Source of the DNA: Camelus ferus
Taxonomy: Eukaryota
Assembly: GCF_009834535.1 (NCBI RefSeq)
Contig: NC_045696.1
Location: 116,004,001-116,068,000, forward strand
Direction: 5' to 3'
Length of the DNA stretch: 64,000 bases
Positions 1 through 12,993 of the stretch are shown one piece after another. The notes under the pieces are model-generated. The model was not told where the DNA came from and did no database searches. It saw only the letters and a list, made by a program, of their open reading frames with translations. Numbering within the stretch: the first letter of the stretch is position 1; every line of letters begins with the position of its first letter. The translations under genes and the position numbers were made by a program.

Positions 1-1590
1 GTGCATCTATTACACATTTTTGGTTTGTGGTTTCAATGAGGTTCATATATAACAATTTATGTGTGTATACATATTAAATATATATATGTATATAGAATTA
101 TTTTAAGTTGATGATCTCTTAAGTTTGAATACATTCTATAACCCTGCATTCCCTCCCCCCTTTTGTTTTTGATATCATATTTTACATCCTTTTATTGTGT
201 TATCCCTTGACTAATTATGTGGATATAGATGATTTTAGTACTTCTGTCTTCTAACCTTCCTATTAGCTTTATAAGTGGTGGATCTACTACCTTTACAGTA
301 TCTTTGCCTTCACCAATGAGATTTTTTCCTTTTGTAATTTGCATAATTCTAGCTGTGGCCTATTCTGCTTAAAGGAAGTCCCTTTCACATTCCTTATAAT
401 GCTTGTTTAGTAGTACTGAGCTCTTTTATATTTGGCTGGTCTGTAAAATATTTTTTATCTCTCTTTCATATCCAAGGGATAGACTTGCTGGTTATAGTAT
501 TTCTTCTTTGGAGGATTTTTCCCCTTTTATTACTTGAATGTAACATGCCACTCCCTTCTGGCCTGAAGAGTTTCTGCTGAAAATTAGCTGATTGTCTTAC
601 GGCAGTTCACCTGTACATAACTAGTTGCATTTCTCCTACTACTTTTAAGATTTTCTCTTTATCTTCATTTTTTGCCATTTGAATTATAATACATCTTGTT
701 GGGGATTCTGTGCTTCCTTGACCTGGATGCGTGTTTCCTTTCCTGGACTAAGGAAGTTTTCAGTTATTATGTCTTTAAATAAGTTCTGCTCCTTTGTCTC
801 TCTCTTCTCTTTCTGGGACTCCTAAAATATGAATGTTGGTATGCTTGATGTTGTCCCAGAGGTTTCAGATTATCCTCATTCTTAAAAATTGTTTTTTTCT
901 TTTTTCTGTTCCACTTGAGTAATTTCCACTACTCTGTCTTCCAGGTCACTGATTTTTTCCTCTTTATTCTCTAATCTACTATTGCTTCTGTCTAGCATAT
1001 TTTTATTTCAGTTATTGTGTTCTTCAGCTCTGTTTGGTTCTTCTTTACATTTTCTAACTCTTTGATGAAGTTCTCACTGTGTTCATCATCCATTCTTCTC
1101 AGTTTGGTCAGCATCGTTATGATCATTACCTTGAACTATTTATGGGGTAGATAGGTTATCTCCAGTTCACTGGGTTCTTCTTGGGGGGTGGCAGCTTGTC
1201 TTATTCCTTTGTTTGGAACACATCTCCCTGTCTTCTCCTTTTGCCTAATTCTCTGTGTTTATATGCATTTATTAGGTAGATCAGTTACATTTCCCAGTAT
1301 TGGAGAAGTGGCCTTACATAGGAGACATCTATGGGGCCCAGCAGCCCACCCCTCCCTGGTCCCCAGAGGTATATGTCTAAGGGTGCCCCCTATGTGAGCT
1401 GTGTGGGTCCTCTGCTGTCCAATGGCTAACTACTGTGGGTGTGCTGGCAGGAGAGGCTGGCCCCGGGCCCAGTTGGCTATCAGGCTCTGCCTTGTGTAGT
1501 GGCTGCCAGCCTGCTGGTGGGCAGGCCCAGGTCCTGGTGCAGCTGGCTGTGGGTGCCCTATACGTAAAAAATCAGGCTGCAGAGAAGCTA
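1..1590 (-). mobile_element. Old L1 (L1M-type) fragment: ORF1 region plus 5' UTR-like sequence, degenerate
   Basis: Typical antisense L1 ORF1 motifs, e.g. GCCACTCCCTTCTGGCCTGAAGAGTTTCTGCTGAAAATTAGCTGAT (~547-592), T-rich on + strand. The GC-richer 1300-1590 part resembles an L1 5' UTR. No open ORF1. Confidence 0.8.
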
Positions 1591-2059
1591 CAGCTCTCAT
1601 GGGGACTTTTCAAATAAATATCTCCTGAGAATCCTTGCTTCAAAAAGAAACATATAAGGGACATAACGTAGGAAAATCACAACAATGATTATTATCAGAT
1701 TCCCTAAGCAGAGCCCAAGGAAGAAAAGAAATAGTAGGGCTGATAAGCAAGGATTCATCTCTCTGACCACCTGAGATTTATGTTCTCCTGTGGTAACACA
1801 TATATCTGATGTGTTTTCTCTGAAGCAGGGCAAGATTCCTCTCATTCTAAAATATGAAGGCTGTGATTTATCTGGGTTGGCTATCCACTCATTCATCCAC
1901 AAGCCAGAGGCTTGAGGTATCTCAGGAAGCCCTATGATATGTCACTTACTCTCCTGCAACTGCATGTGCAAAAGCTGAAATTAGCATGAACTACTATCAA
2001 AGGGGAATTAGTTTATCTACTGTTACTTTATTCCTTAGTTATCTTGATGTGTAAGTTCT

Positions 2060-2200
2060 AGTTGTGTGACCTTAAGAAAACTACTTCTCTGTGCTTTAAT
2101 TTTCTCCTCTGTGAAATGGATACAACAAGGGCATGTAGTGGGAATGTTACAAGGAGTAAATAAGATACACTGTAAGGTACTTAGCTTAGTATCTGATACA
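2060..2200 (+). mobile_element. MIR SINE fragment
   Basis: GTGTGACCTTAAG...CTCTGTGCTTTAATTTTCTCCTCTGTGAAATGG...AAGGTACTTAGC matches the MIR core. Confidence 0.7.
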
Positions 2201-3589
2201 TTCAATCATCCTAAAAGCTATACTTCAAAGTCAAAGAATACAGAGAAGCACTATTATGTTACAGATAAGTATCTGTAATGAAGGATCAGCTCCCCACCTC
2301 CCCAGCTACCCACCCCAGCCATCATGGACTATATTTCTGTATTGCTGTGCTTAGACATCATGATGCTGTCAAATTGCTTTTAAAGTTTCAAAATGCATGC
2401 TCTCAATGTCTGTACATATTTCATTGCAGGCCAGTAAATGTGTGAACCAGTATCCCTCTATGAACCATATTTTGAGTAGCATTTTAATAGAACACCATCA
2501 CTATCTTATAAGATAATAGAGTTAAAATAATGGATTTATTGACACCATTCCATTTTATTGGAATTCTTTAAAATTATCTACTTGGAGTAGGTGGGACTGT
2601 AGTCTACATAAGCAAAGTGAAATGAATAAATGCTGATAGTATATACATATTTAAGCAATATATATATATTCACCTTATCTATCTCTCAAATTGAGGCAAT
2701 TTTAGGGAGTCAGAATTATCAAAAATTAAATATCCATAAAATATCAAGAATTATGTAGTAAAGCCTCTCCCATTTCACATATATCCACTCTGGAGTGTCA
2801 ATTCTTCCATCAGGAAAAAGAATATAGCTCAAGTACTCTACATGGCAGTATAATGCTATAAAAAAAATCAGGAGAGTACAATAAATTGCATCATTTATCA
2901 AAAGAGTTGATAATGCTACCCCAGACCTGCACCTGACACAGGCATATAACTTATTTCTAGTCCCAAGCCATCAGAACAGTCACAGAAGAGAATTTTCAAA
3001 AGCACTTACAATTTATTCAGTGTTTTGAAGTATGAGAAGAGCTAAATTTCTAGGCAGTCAGTATACAATTTAAGCCAAGCACGCTTAGAATCACAAAGGA
3101 ATTGTTTTAACTACTAAAAGAAAAAGTGATTGTCAACAATTAATTCTACAATTACTTTTTATGTACACTAATACAAAAGTAATATTGGAGTCCCTAATAT
3201 TGCATATAAATTACCACTCAAAATGAAATATAGTCAATAGATTTTTATTAGTCTGCCTTACTGTTTTTTACAAGATAAAACCACCATCCAAATAAATACC
3301 TATTATGGTTTAGAAATTTAAATTACAGAACCGACTTCAAGAAATTAAGAAAAGTAACACTTATTTCCCCAAGTAGTTCCTCTACCCATGAAGTACAAAC
3401 TAAAGTTTTTTCCTGATCATAACTAATATACATTATTTTATGTATGATGTGTCCAATAACCTTAGAAGAACCATGTTGAAAAGTTTAAAATATCACCTAG
3501 TTCAATATTCAATTCAGTCAGTGTTCTTGAATAACAAAAGTTTCTGTCTCTGTGGCTAGGGAAACTAAAATTAAAATTATGAGGTAGTC

Positions 3590-3790
3590 AGTAACATTTC
3601 ACCCCTACTAGAATGACAAAACAAAAATCAGGAAAGCATTTGAAGCCACAAGAACTCTCATTTGTTTCTGGCGGGAATGAAATGTGGTTTAGACATTTTG
3701 AAAAACATTAGGTAGTTTTTTTTTTTATAAACAATCAGTTATGATGTCATCTAATAATCCCACACCTAGGTAATGTTCCCAAGAGAAATG
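3590..3790 (+). mobile_element. Ancient L1ME-like 3' fragment
   Basis: CACCCCTACTAGAATGAC...GAACTCTCATT...GGCGGGAATG...ATCCCACACCTAGGT...CCCAAGAGAAATGA resembles the L1 ORF2 C-terminal region. Confidence 0.55.
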
Positions 3791-4490
3791 AGATCGCAAT
3801 TCAGACTGGTACTATTGTGTACAGCTGTGATGGGGTAACAAGTGTAGTTTGTAGCAGACACCAGTAGAATCAAGGAGATGTGTGATGCTTAGCTTTCTAG
3901 ATATAAATGCAATTCTCACAGCAATTCTCAAGTGCATTCAGTCAAGAGTTGTTACAACATGAAAATTAACAACAGGTGTGTGCAAATTAGACATGTCAAG
4001 AACACAAAGTCATGTGGCCATGACACAGTGATTTAAGACAATCTTTGTGGGATGTTGTTTTTCTTTTCAAATAACAGGAATAGTAAATAGAAAAAAAATC
4101 CATGTGCCAGACATTATTCTCTGAGAAACACATTCTTCTGATATGTTTCAACACAATAAACAGATGCATCTATTTAAGGGATAAATCATGTTTTTCATCA
4201 GAATAATGTGAATTACACAAATGTAAATTGACTTCTTCAAAAATAGAGAGCACAAAACTAAACAATGAACCTTTTGAACAAACATACCTCAACATTAACC
4301 ACCTAAATGGAACTTCAGAGAACCAGCTTTAGCGATAATCTGTTACTTAGTGATTTCCTGTGCTCAAAACCTTTTTTAGTTACTTCTTTGGAATTACCCT
4401 CAGCGTTTCTTCAAAACCCACATGAAAGAGCAATCTTTGTAATGTTCTACCTTTGATGTTTACCAGAGTTTTGCAGCTTAATCGACTTAC

Positions 4491-4550
4491 ATCATGGCAT
4501 CGGACTTTGTTTCAATCAGCATCTGAAAATTTCCAAAAGTGTAATTCATC
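4491..4550 (-). other. Weak candidate 60-nt exon
   Basis: Minus strand reads TTGTTGTGTTCCAG|GATGAATTAC...GCCATGAT|GTAAGT. One frame is open (MNYTFGNFQMLIETKSDAM). No recognised protein. Confidence 0.2.
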
Positions 4551-4689
4551 CTGGAACACAACAATTTGCCATCTGACCCTTATCCCAAAGTGGACTGGCC
4601 ATGTAATAGTTCTAAGTTCATATCATCAGCCAAAACACTATGATAGAGGGGAAAACAAAGGTTTAATAAATATATTTTGGGTTTGGGGG

Positions 4690-4910
4690 GCAGGGAATAG
4701 GATGAGGGGAGAAAGGCACTTCGCTAGGGCACAAAGTTTAAGAAAGAGTGTCCCCAAAACCTCATATATCAAGATAAGTATAATAATGCAATATTCTAAA
4801 AATCAAAATTGATGCAAAAGGTCGATGATGAACAACATATCAAGTTTTAAATAAACACAACACAGAATCCAAACCAGGACTTGTATGATTCTCCTCACCT
4901 CACTTGTCTG
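4690..4910 (-). mobile_element. MER53-like hAT MITE
   Basis: AATGCAATATTCTAAAAATCAAAATTGATGCAAAA...GATGAACAACATATCAAGTTTTAAATAAA is the reverse complement of the MER53 body, with degenerate GAGG/CCTC-rich ends. Confidence 0.7.
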
Positions 4911-4959
4911 ATTACCTACCAATTAACAAAAAGAAAGAAAGAAAAAAAAATGCCAAAGG

Positions 4960-5975
4960 CTTACAGGGCAACAGCAAAAGAAATGATCAACAAATGAAAA
5001 AGAAACTTAGAGAATAGAAGAAGATATTTGCAAATCACATATCTGATGAGGAGTTAATAGCCAACATATACAAAGAACTCATACAACTCAATAGCAAATC
5101 ACAATAATCCAATTTTAAAATATGCAATGTATCTCAACAGACACTTTTTGAAGGAAAGTATTCAAATGGACAACAGGTACATGAAAAGGTGCTCAACATC
5201 ACCAGTCATCAGGGAAATGCAAACCAAAACCACAATGAGATACCTTTCATGCCTGTTAGAATGGTTGCCATCAAAAAGAGATTACAAGTCCTGATGAGAA
5301 TGTGGAAAAAAGGAAATTGTTATACACTATTGATGGTCAACTGGTGCAGCAACTCTGGAAAAATGGAGGTTCCTCAGTAAATTAAGAATAGAATCACCAT
5401 ATGATCCAGTAATCCCCCTTCTGAGTATATATCTGAAGGAAACAAAAAGCACTGTCCCAAAAAGTTATCTGCACGCCATGTTCACTGCAGCATTGTTTAC
5501 AATAGACAAGACAAGGAAACAACGTAAGTGTCCATTAACAAATGAATAGGAGAAGAAAATGAATGAAATGTGAGGGCATCATGCTAAGTGAAGTAAGTGA
5601 GGGAAAGACAAATACTGTGTGATCTCACTTACATGTGGGACCTAAAAATTTCAAACTCATAGAAACAGAGAACAGATTGGTGGTTGCCAGAGGTGGAGGC
5701 TGGGGAGTAGGGGAAATGGTGAAGGTGGTCAAAGGTACAAACTTCCCCTATAAGATAAATAGTTCCTGGAGATGTCATGTACAGCATGGTGACCATAGTT
5801 AACAACATGATATTATATATGTGAAAGCAGGAGATCTTAAAAGTTATTATCACAAGAAAAAAATTGTTAACTATGTGAGTGATCATTTACATATATATGT
5901 ATATTAAATCAAAATGTTGTACATTTTACATTTATACAGTGTTATATGGCAATTATATCTCAATAAAACTAGGGG
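4960..5975 (+). mobile_element. L1 ORF2 C-terminus plus 3' UTR (L1MA9/10-like), 5'-truncated
   Basis: ATATTTGCAAATCACATATCTGATGAGGAGTTAATA, CAGGGAAATGCAAACCAAAACCACAATGAGATAC and GTACAGCATGGTGACCATAGTTAAC; ends CAATTATATCTCAATAAAACT. Confidence 0.9.
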
Positions 5976-6809
5976 AGGCTCATGGTGAGGTAGGGGGTAA
6001 AAGCAAGCATTTAACGGCTTGTCACCATCTCTTACATTGTGGAGCCGCGTCCCATGGGCACAACCTGGGCTGTCGCAGGAGAAATCTCAGACTTTACGCA
6101 AAGCAGTGCTGTAAGCTAACTTCTCCAAGCCCCACTGCAAATACAAATGTGGCCGCATGAATGGTAAAATTCAAATTCTACCAGCCTGTTCCCCAAACTA
6201 GAGAGTGCAGAATTTCAGCGTCTTGCAAGCACCCTGCAAAAATAGCTCATGTGTAGTCAGAAACAGCAGCTTCCTTGGGGGCTGCCTTACATATTCAAAG
6301 TTAGTCTTGGAGAGACTTAGATTAGACTCGTGTTTACATACAAAATTCTGTTTCAACGTGGGGTGACCCACTCTCTCTCACATTCCACATACATGCTTAG
6401 AAGTGGCATAGGGGCTGGGAAGAGGCAGCCTTCTTGACCTGCTAGTGGTTTTAAAACAACTCATTAAAAATAACAACAATTTCTCAAGGCAGCTAGAGTA
6501 GTTGGGGTATCCATTCTAGAAAACACGGCGCTATAAATCACATGAGAGCTATACCCTGCCTACCCAACCCTTAGCCACAGTTCTGTGCTAAGTCCAACTT
6601 GGTATTTCTTTATCTGCAGAAAAGAATGAGGCAGCTTTTGGAGAGAGACTGGGGTTGGACAGCCACAAGGTCTGAACTGGATTCTCTCTGTTTCTCATTC
6701 AGTATCTTTCCTACTGAGACAGACTGTTTCTATCAGGATTAACACAGGAGCTAATTTACCTCAGAGTGGTATTGAAAGGAGGAGTCAGCAAGATTAACTC
6801 GAAGATTTA

Positions 6810-7180
6810 TCCCTTATATGTGGAATTTAAAAAAAAAAATAACAATAATACAAACTTTATTTACAAACCAGAAATAGACTTATGGACATAGAAAACTGCG
6901 GTTACCAGAGGGGAAAGAGGGTGGGAGGGATAGATTAGGAGTTTAGGAATAACAGATAAACATTATCATATATAAAATAGATAAACAATAAGGTCCTACT
7001 GTATAGCACAGGGGACTATATTCAATTTCTTGTAATGAGCTGAAAAGAATCTGAATATATACATATATATATATATATGTGTATGTATAACTGAATCACT
7101 TTGCTGTACACCTGCAACTAACATTGTAAATTGACTACACTTCAATAAAACATAAGATTCAAAAAAAAAAAAAAAAAACT
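6810..7180 (+). mobile_element. Cetartiodactyl-type L1 3' UTR with poly(A)
   Basis: ATAAACAATAAGGTCCTACTGTATAGCACAGGGGACTATATTCAA...TAACTGAATCACTTTGCTGTACACCTG, followed by an A-run at ~7161-7178. Confidence 0.9.
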
Positions 7181-7614
7181 CCAAGACTGACAAAGCATTT
7201 TATCAATGAAAACTAGTTCTCCTCAGCTTGTCAATTACAGAATTGAGGCTATTATGTCAAATAATTCAGCCCTTTCACCTCAATTATACACACAAGTAGC
7301 TGAATTATTTGTGTCACTTTAAGGGGCATTCTGGGTTAGGACATGCTGGTTTTATAACCACAAAATCTAGGAATTTGATGAGGTGTCCACTTTCCCCAAC
7401 TTCCTGATGGAATGGCACTGAAATTCTCTTAATATTACTGACCCTCCTATGCACCCAGGTCTGGGAAAGGCAAGTCCTCACTTCCCACGTTCCATGCTCA
7501 GTCCAGAACCTCCCCTCCTGCCAGCCGGCTCTCTCAAAGTGTGCTCTCCCTTGGTGGAAGTTGAATCTTTTTTCCCCACTGATATATAGACACCCTCAAG
7601 TCTTGCCTTTCTTG

Positions 7615-7735
7615 TTTATGCATTCATTCAATGAATGAATTCAGTGAGTGGCTACTACCTGCCAGGCACCGGTCCAGACGTTTACAGCAGTCAGCAAGGC
7701 TGACGGTGCCTCTGCGCCCATGGGTCTTACAGCTT
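7615..7735 (-). mobile_element. L2 3' end fragment
   Basis: CATTCATTCAATGAATGAATTCAGTGAGTGGCTACTACCTGCCAGGCAC is the antisense L2 tail. Confidence 0.6.
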
Positions 7736-7844
7736 TTCACTCCTCCAGTTCTCTGGCTTTCCCTTCAGAGATACACATCCTGGACAAACAGTGCCTAGTC
7801 CCAACCTCGTTTCTCCTTTGCTCCATAGCCCACTAAATTCTGAC

Positions 7845-7848
<4 letters not shown>

Positions 7849-7909
<61 letters not shown>

Positions 7910-7931
7910 GAGAGAGAGAGAGGGAGAGATG

Positions 7932-7966
<35 letters not shown>

Positions 7967-8030
7967 GATAGGTATAGATATAGAGATAGAGATAGAGATA
8001 GAGATAGAGATAGATAGATATAGACAGATA
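7849..8030. repeat. Compound microsatellite (AT)29-(GA)n-(GATA)n-(GATAGA)n
   Basis: Read directly from the sequence; pure AT run 7849-7906. Confidence 0.97.
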
Positions 8031-8099
8031 CAAATTTGCTTCAATCCAGGAGCTACTGCAGCTTTTGTGCATTGTTTCTCCTTTTACTTTCTCTTGGCC

Positions 8100-9830
8100 T
8101 CTCCACGGCACTTAGTAATATGGGTCATTCCATGATTTTGGAATCTCTCCTTGATTTGCATGATGCCACCTTCTCCTCATTTTCCTCCAGCCTCAAGGCT
8201 ACTCATTCTTGATATTCTTTCTGGGCCTCTTCCTCCTTGCCCTCCTCATTTCATCCCTTACATCCTCTGATTTGTTGGTATCCATTCCTGGTCTGATTTT
8301 ATTCACTCTTTTCAGAGTGACTGCAACTAGGTCTTCCACCATAACCATCTACTGCAAGGTCCCCAGTATGTGTTTTGGGCTCATATTTGTGTTCAATCCT
8401 GAACTCAGATTTTCCAACTGCCCTATTTAACATCCTTATTCATATCCTACAAATATCTTCAATAACTTGCACCCAAAATGAAATAAATCTTTCCTGCTGA
8501 ACTGCCCCATTCCTATGCCTCTGCCATCACTCTCCACCATCTCCATTTAGGGATGGCACCACCCCGACAAGCCAGGAATCAGGGCACAATCCTGCACATC
8601 TCCTCTGAGTCATCCTCGTGTCACTGAGCCTGGTTCTACTTTCTTAACATCTTTTGACACCATCCTGCTCTCTGTACTCACTGCCTCTGCCTGAGTTCAG
8701 GCCGTGCTCACTCCATCCAGATTTCTAGAGGACATTCTACTTGGGCTCTTTGCCTCTAGTCTCATTTTGCTCTAATCCTTTGCCATATTGTTTCTAGAGT
8801 GACACTTTATAAAGGCAAATTTGATGATGCTACTCCCACCTTAAACACTTCAAAGATTCTTCTTACCACGTATTTAACACACAAGGCCCTTCCTATAGGA
8901 CTCTCTACCTACCTGCCCAGCACTGAATCTTACTTTGTCTCTCCCATTGCTTTCACTCAGGTCCCATTCCGCTAACGTGCTAGACTCTGTCTTTCAGGCC
9001 TCTGGGCCTTTGCATACACTGCTCTCTGTGCAGAACACTTGTCCAGACCCTCTTAACTTTCCTTGTCTCCTCCCATATATCCTCATGCTTCCCTAGAAGA
9101 AGCCTTCTCTGATCCTCATCTTCCTACAGATTTTTATTAATTTTTTTAATTGAAGTTGTTTTACAATGTTGTGTTAATTTCTGGTGTACAGCACAGTGAT
9201 TCAGTTATACATATATATTTTTCCACTTTACATTCGTTTTCATTATTGCTATTACAAGGTATTGAATATAGTTCCCTGTGCCATACACAAGGACCTTAGT
9301 GATTATCTATTTCATATATAGTAGGTACTATCTGCAAATCCCAAACTTCCAATTTATTGATTTATATCTTTAATGCCATTTTTCTTGGTGTATCATAATT
9401 ACACCTTCACTTTTTGTTTTCTTTAAGACTATGAGCTTTTTGAGGCATGGTCTGCATTTTACTTATTTGCGTGTGTGTTTGTATAGATGGAGTTTTACCT
9501 AACGTTCACCAAATTATAACAATAGATGCACTTTGAATTAATCTTCCCAATTTCTAGCCCACAATACTTGCTACACTCTAAGACATCGATGCTCTGCTTC
9601 ATACTGCTACTCATCCCCTCCTGTATGCTGACTGTATACACTGTATGTACATCATTACACATGGCAACCTGGGATCTCAAACTCCATCTCTCATCTGTCA
9701 TCTTCTATTAGACATTCTGCTCTCTGGGTAGAGAACCTATATCTATCTAGCTTGCTTTTCCAAATACCCAGCACAATGCTTGCCACAGGATAGGAAATCA
9801 AGAAACATACACTGAGTGGAATTGAATTGG
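8100..9830 (+). mobile_element. Degenerate L2 body and 3' end(s), interrupted by an L1 tail
   Basis: Pyrimidine-rich L2 motifs (CCTGAACTCAGATTTTCCAACTGCCC, GGGCCTTTGCATACACTGCT, AGAAGCCTTCTCTGAT, CCCAGCACAATGCTTGCCACAGGATAGG). Confidence 0.65.
9135..9355 (-). mobile_element. Cetartiodactyl/camelid-type L1 3' tail inserted in L2
   Basis: TTTTTTAATTGAAGTTG...TTACAATGTTGTGTTAATTTCTGGTGTACAGCACAGTGATTCAGTTATAC...GAATATAGTTCCCTGTGC. Confidence 0.85.
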
Positions 9831-9967
9831 ATATCCAAAGGCATTTACAAAACAGCTTACCAAATACAGTAAAACATAAATGTTTGAACCTTATCAGCAT
9901 CTTCCCATCTTAAACAGCAGAAATTTCAAGAGCAATGTTACACTTAAAAACAAAAGATTCTGATGGC

Positions 9968-10040
9968 ATGCAAATTCTGGATCTCCCTCAAAAGTCTTTT
10001 CCACTTCTCTGAGGATGACGTCAAACTATTAGTGGAAAAG
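9968..10040. promoter_or_regulatory. Candidate enhancer: octamer plus palindromic CRE flanked by inverted NFAT-type sites
   Basis: ATGCAAAT 9968-9975; CTTTTCCACT 9996-10005; TGACGTCA 10016-10023; AGTGGAAAAG 10031-10040. The motifs are seen directly; function is inferred. Confidence 0.4.
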
Positions 10041-11810
10041 CTTGTATAAATTGGCATGAATTAAAACCTAATATAGCTTTAAGGCTAAAGGTGCTGTGTT
10101 TGAAAGCAATGTGTCAGATAAAGCCAGAGCCAAACAACCTTACAAGGGAAAAAACAAGCTCTGAATTTGCCAACATCTTGGGTGATTTATGATTGGAACT
10201 GACTCCTACCCAGAAAATGGCATTGCCTGAAGACAGCAAAAATCTTATCTAATATATTTTAATCAGTTTAGGAGTCCTCAAAAATTTGTTGAATTTTTAG
10301 AAAAGCAGCATATACATATTTCTAGGTTAAAAGGAAACTTTTCTTCTAATGTAACAATCTGTAATCTAGAACAAAAAGAAGTCATATTAATAATCACTAG
10401 CATATTATTAACTTCACTTGAGTCTTGTCAAAATGATGAGAAAAAGAAAAAGAAGGACAATGGTGCATCGATTTGGAATTTTAGGCTGTCTTCATAGATA
10501 TAAGTTTGATCAAACTGGTTACATTCAATCATGAGCTATCACCTCAAATCAGGTTGAGTAAAAGGTAATGAAGAGTTATTTCTTGTAATCAGACAGAAAG
10601 ACAATTGCACACAGAATACCCAGACAAGTAGAGCCCAATTTCTTTTGGAAATTATATAAATAATTTAAGTCAAATAATTCATTGTTTATATATACACTGA
10701 ACAAGATAAAACACTGATATGAAACATGCTCTATAAATATAACTGTGTGTAACCACAAATAATACATTCATCTATGCCATGATGAAAAAAAGATAAAATT
10801 AGAATTGTGAAAAAATAATTTTCATAATAAAATTATGAATGTTATACACATATCAATGGTCACATGAAAAATATTTTGTTTAAATTATTAATTTATGAGA
10901 GAGCCAGAAAGATGTTACAACAGATTCAAAGGAGATCTCCAAGAATGCACCTGTGTGGGCCATCAGGAATCCTACATGAATTGACAAATGGATGCAAAAT
11001 GCATCAAAATTCACTAGGTAATAATCAACTGCATTTGTCTGGACACAATTCACTTGCATTTTTACAAGCAAACATTTTCATCATTATCAATTTTCTATAA
11101 CTTACTTACAGGACACTCAATAATCATTTTTGCCAATTTCAAAGGCTCACAAAATTTTTTCCTGAAAAAGTCTCTGTTCATTTTGTTTAAAAAAAAAAAA
11201 AAGACAACAATATCCCATCACTCTTTGCACACAAACAAGATGTCCTCATCTGATTCACTCCCATTTTTCCAAAGCTAACCAGATGTTATTCTTGCTATAA
11301 ACATAATTTCAGAAGCCGTAAGAAAGACACTTCTTACCAACATTCAAAAGAACCTTTCTACCTGATGACTTATGTATGAATTTTTTACATAGGGAATTAA
11401 AGACTAAAATACTATTAAAGAAGAAAAAATGGAGTTTATTAACTTTCCAGGCAAGAAAACATATAACAATGTCAAAAGTCACTGAGTAGTTCACTTTGGA
11501 GGTAAGGAGTAAAGGAATTTGGGGATTTCAAGGAGCATAGGTTTGAAAACTAGCCTTCCAGACAGAGCATGGAATGAGTCCTCAGATCTATACACAATTG
11601 GTTAAAACAAATCTCACTATTGATTGGTCAAAGGTCAGTTTTCAGTTAGGTCCAATAAGGATCTGGTGGACTAAAATCATTCAAAATTCATCATTCTTTA
11701 AAATCTTTAGCTGCTTAGAAAAATTATAGTGAAATACAGCTTTGATATCTCCTAGGCAAGTGTTTCTATTAAGTGGAAATTTTTCATTCTCACAATGTAG
11801 CCTCTTAGAC

Positions 11811-12993
11811 CATGAGTCAGTAATATATGGCTATGCACCAAGTCTACGGCCCTTTTTAATATGGCCTGTGAACTAAGAATGGTTTTTGCATTTCTATAGA
11901 TTTTTAAGTCAAATAAAACAAACAAAAAAAATGCCACAGAAGGCCTAAATAGACATTTCTCCAAAGAAGACATCCAGATGACCAACAGGCAGGTGAGAAA
12001 ACACTAAACATCACTAATTATTAGAGAAAAGCCAATCAAAACTACAATGATGTGTCACCTCACACTGGTCAGAATAGGCATCATTAAAAAGTCTACAAAT
12101 AATAAATGCTGGAGAGGGTGTGGAGAAAAGGGAACCCTCCTGCACTGCTGGTGGGAATGCAAATTGGTGCAGCCATTAAGGAGAACTGTATGGAGGTTAA
12201 AAAAATTAAAAATAGACTTACCATATGATCCAGCAATCCCACACCTGGGCTTATATCTGGAGAAAATTCTAATTGAAAAAGATACATTCACCCCAATGTT
12301 CATAGTATCACTATTTCCAATAACCAAGACATGGAAGCAACCTAAATGTCCACCCACAGATGAATGGATAAAGAAGATGTGTGTGTGTGAATATATATAC
12401 ACAATGGAATATTACTCAGCCAAAAAAAGAATGAAATAATACCATTTGCAGCAACATAGATGGACCAAGAGATTATCATACTACATGAAGTAAATCAGAC
12501 AAAAAAATACCATATGATATCACTTATATGTGAAATCTAAAATATGATACAAATGAACTTATTTACAAAACAGAAACAGAGTCACAGACATAGAAAACAA
12601 AATTATGGTTATCAAAGGGGAAAGAGGTGAGGAGGTTTAAATTTGGAATCTGGAATTAGCAATAAATTTGGAATTTGGGATTAACAGATGTACACCACTA
12701 TATATAAAATAGATAAACAACAAAGACCTACTGTACAGCACAGGGAACTATATTCAATATCTTGTAATAACCTATAATGGACAAGAATCTGGAAAAGAAT
12801 AGATATATATGTATAACTGAATCAATTTGCTGTATACCTAAAACATTTAAATCAACTATAATTTAATTTAAAAATAAAAATAAAAAAAAAACAGAAACAA
12901 AACAAAAAATATTCCACAGAGCACACATGTGTCTTGAAAAGCCTAAAATATTTACCACCTGGCCTTTTACAGAGGAAATTTGCTGACCCCCTG
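11811..12993 (+). mobile_element. MER58C-like hAT-Charlie MITE split by an L1 insertion
   Basis: Left arm CATGAGTCAGTAA...GAACTAAGAATGGTTTTTGCATTT; right arm AAAGCCTAAAATATTTACCACCTGGCCTTTTACAG...TTTGCTGACCCCCTG; perfect 8-bp TSD TCTTAGAC at 11803-11810 and 12994-13001. Confidence 0.85.
11930..12905 (+). mobile_element. L1 ORF2 C-terminus plus 3' UTR and A-tail (cetartiodactyl type)
   Basis: ORF 12047-12439 encodes [40 protein letters not shown]...KTWKQPKCP, the L1 ORF2p CCHC/C-terminal region. Confidence 0.95.

Noticed and set aside
10850..11200. Possible ancient DNA-transposon remnant
   Set aside because: No terminal inverted repeats or TSD found and I could not assign a family.
12047..12439. 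130-aa ORF with a CCHC-like motif
   Set aside because: L1 ORF2p C-terminal remnant, not a host gene. The same applies to ORFs at 23748-24476, 40854-41045 and 55886-56128.
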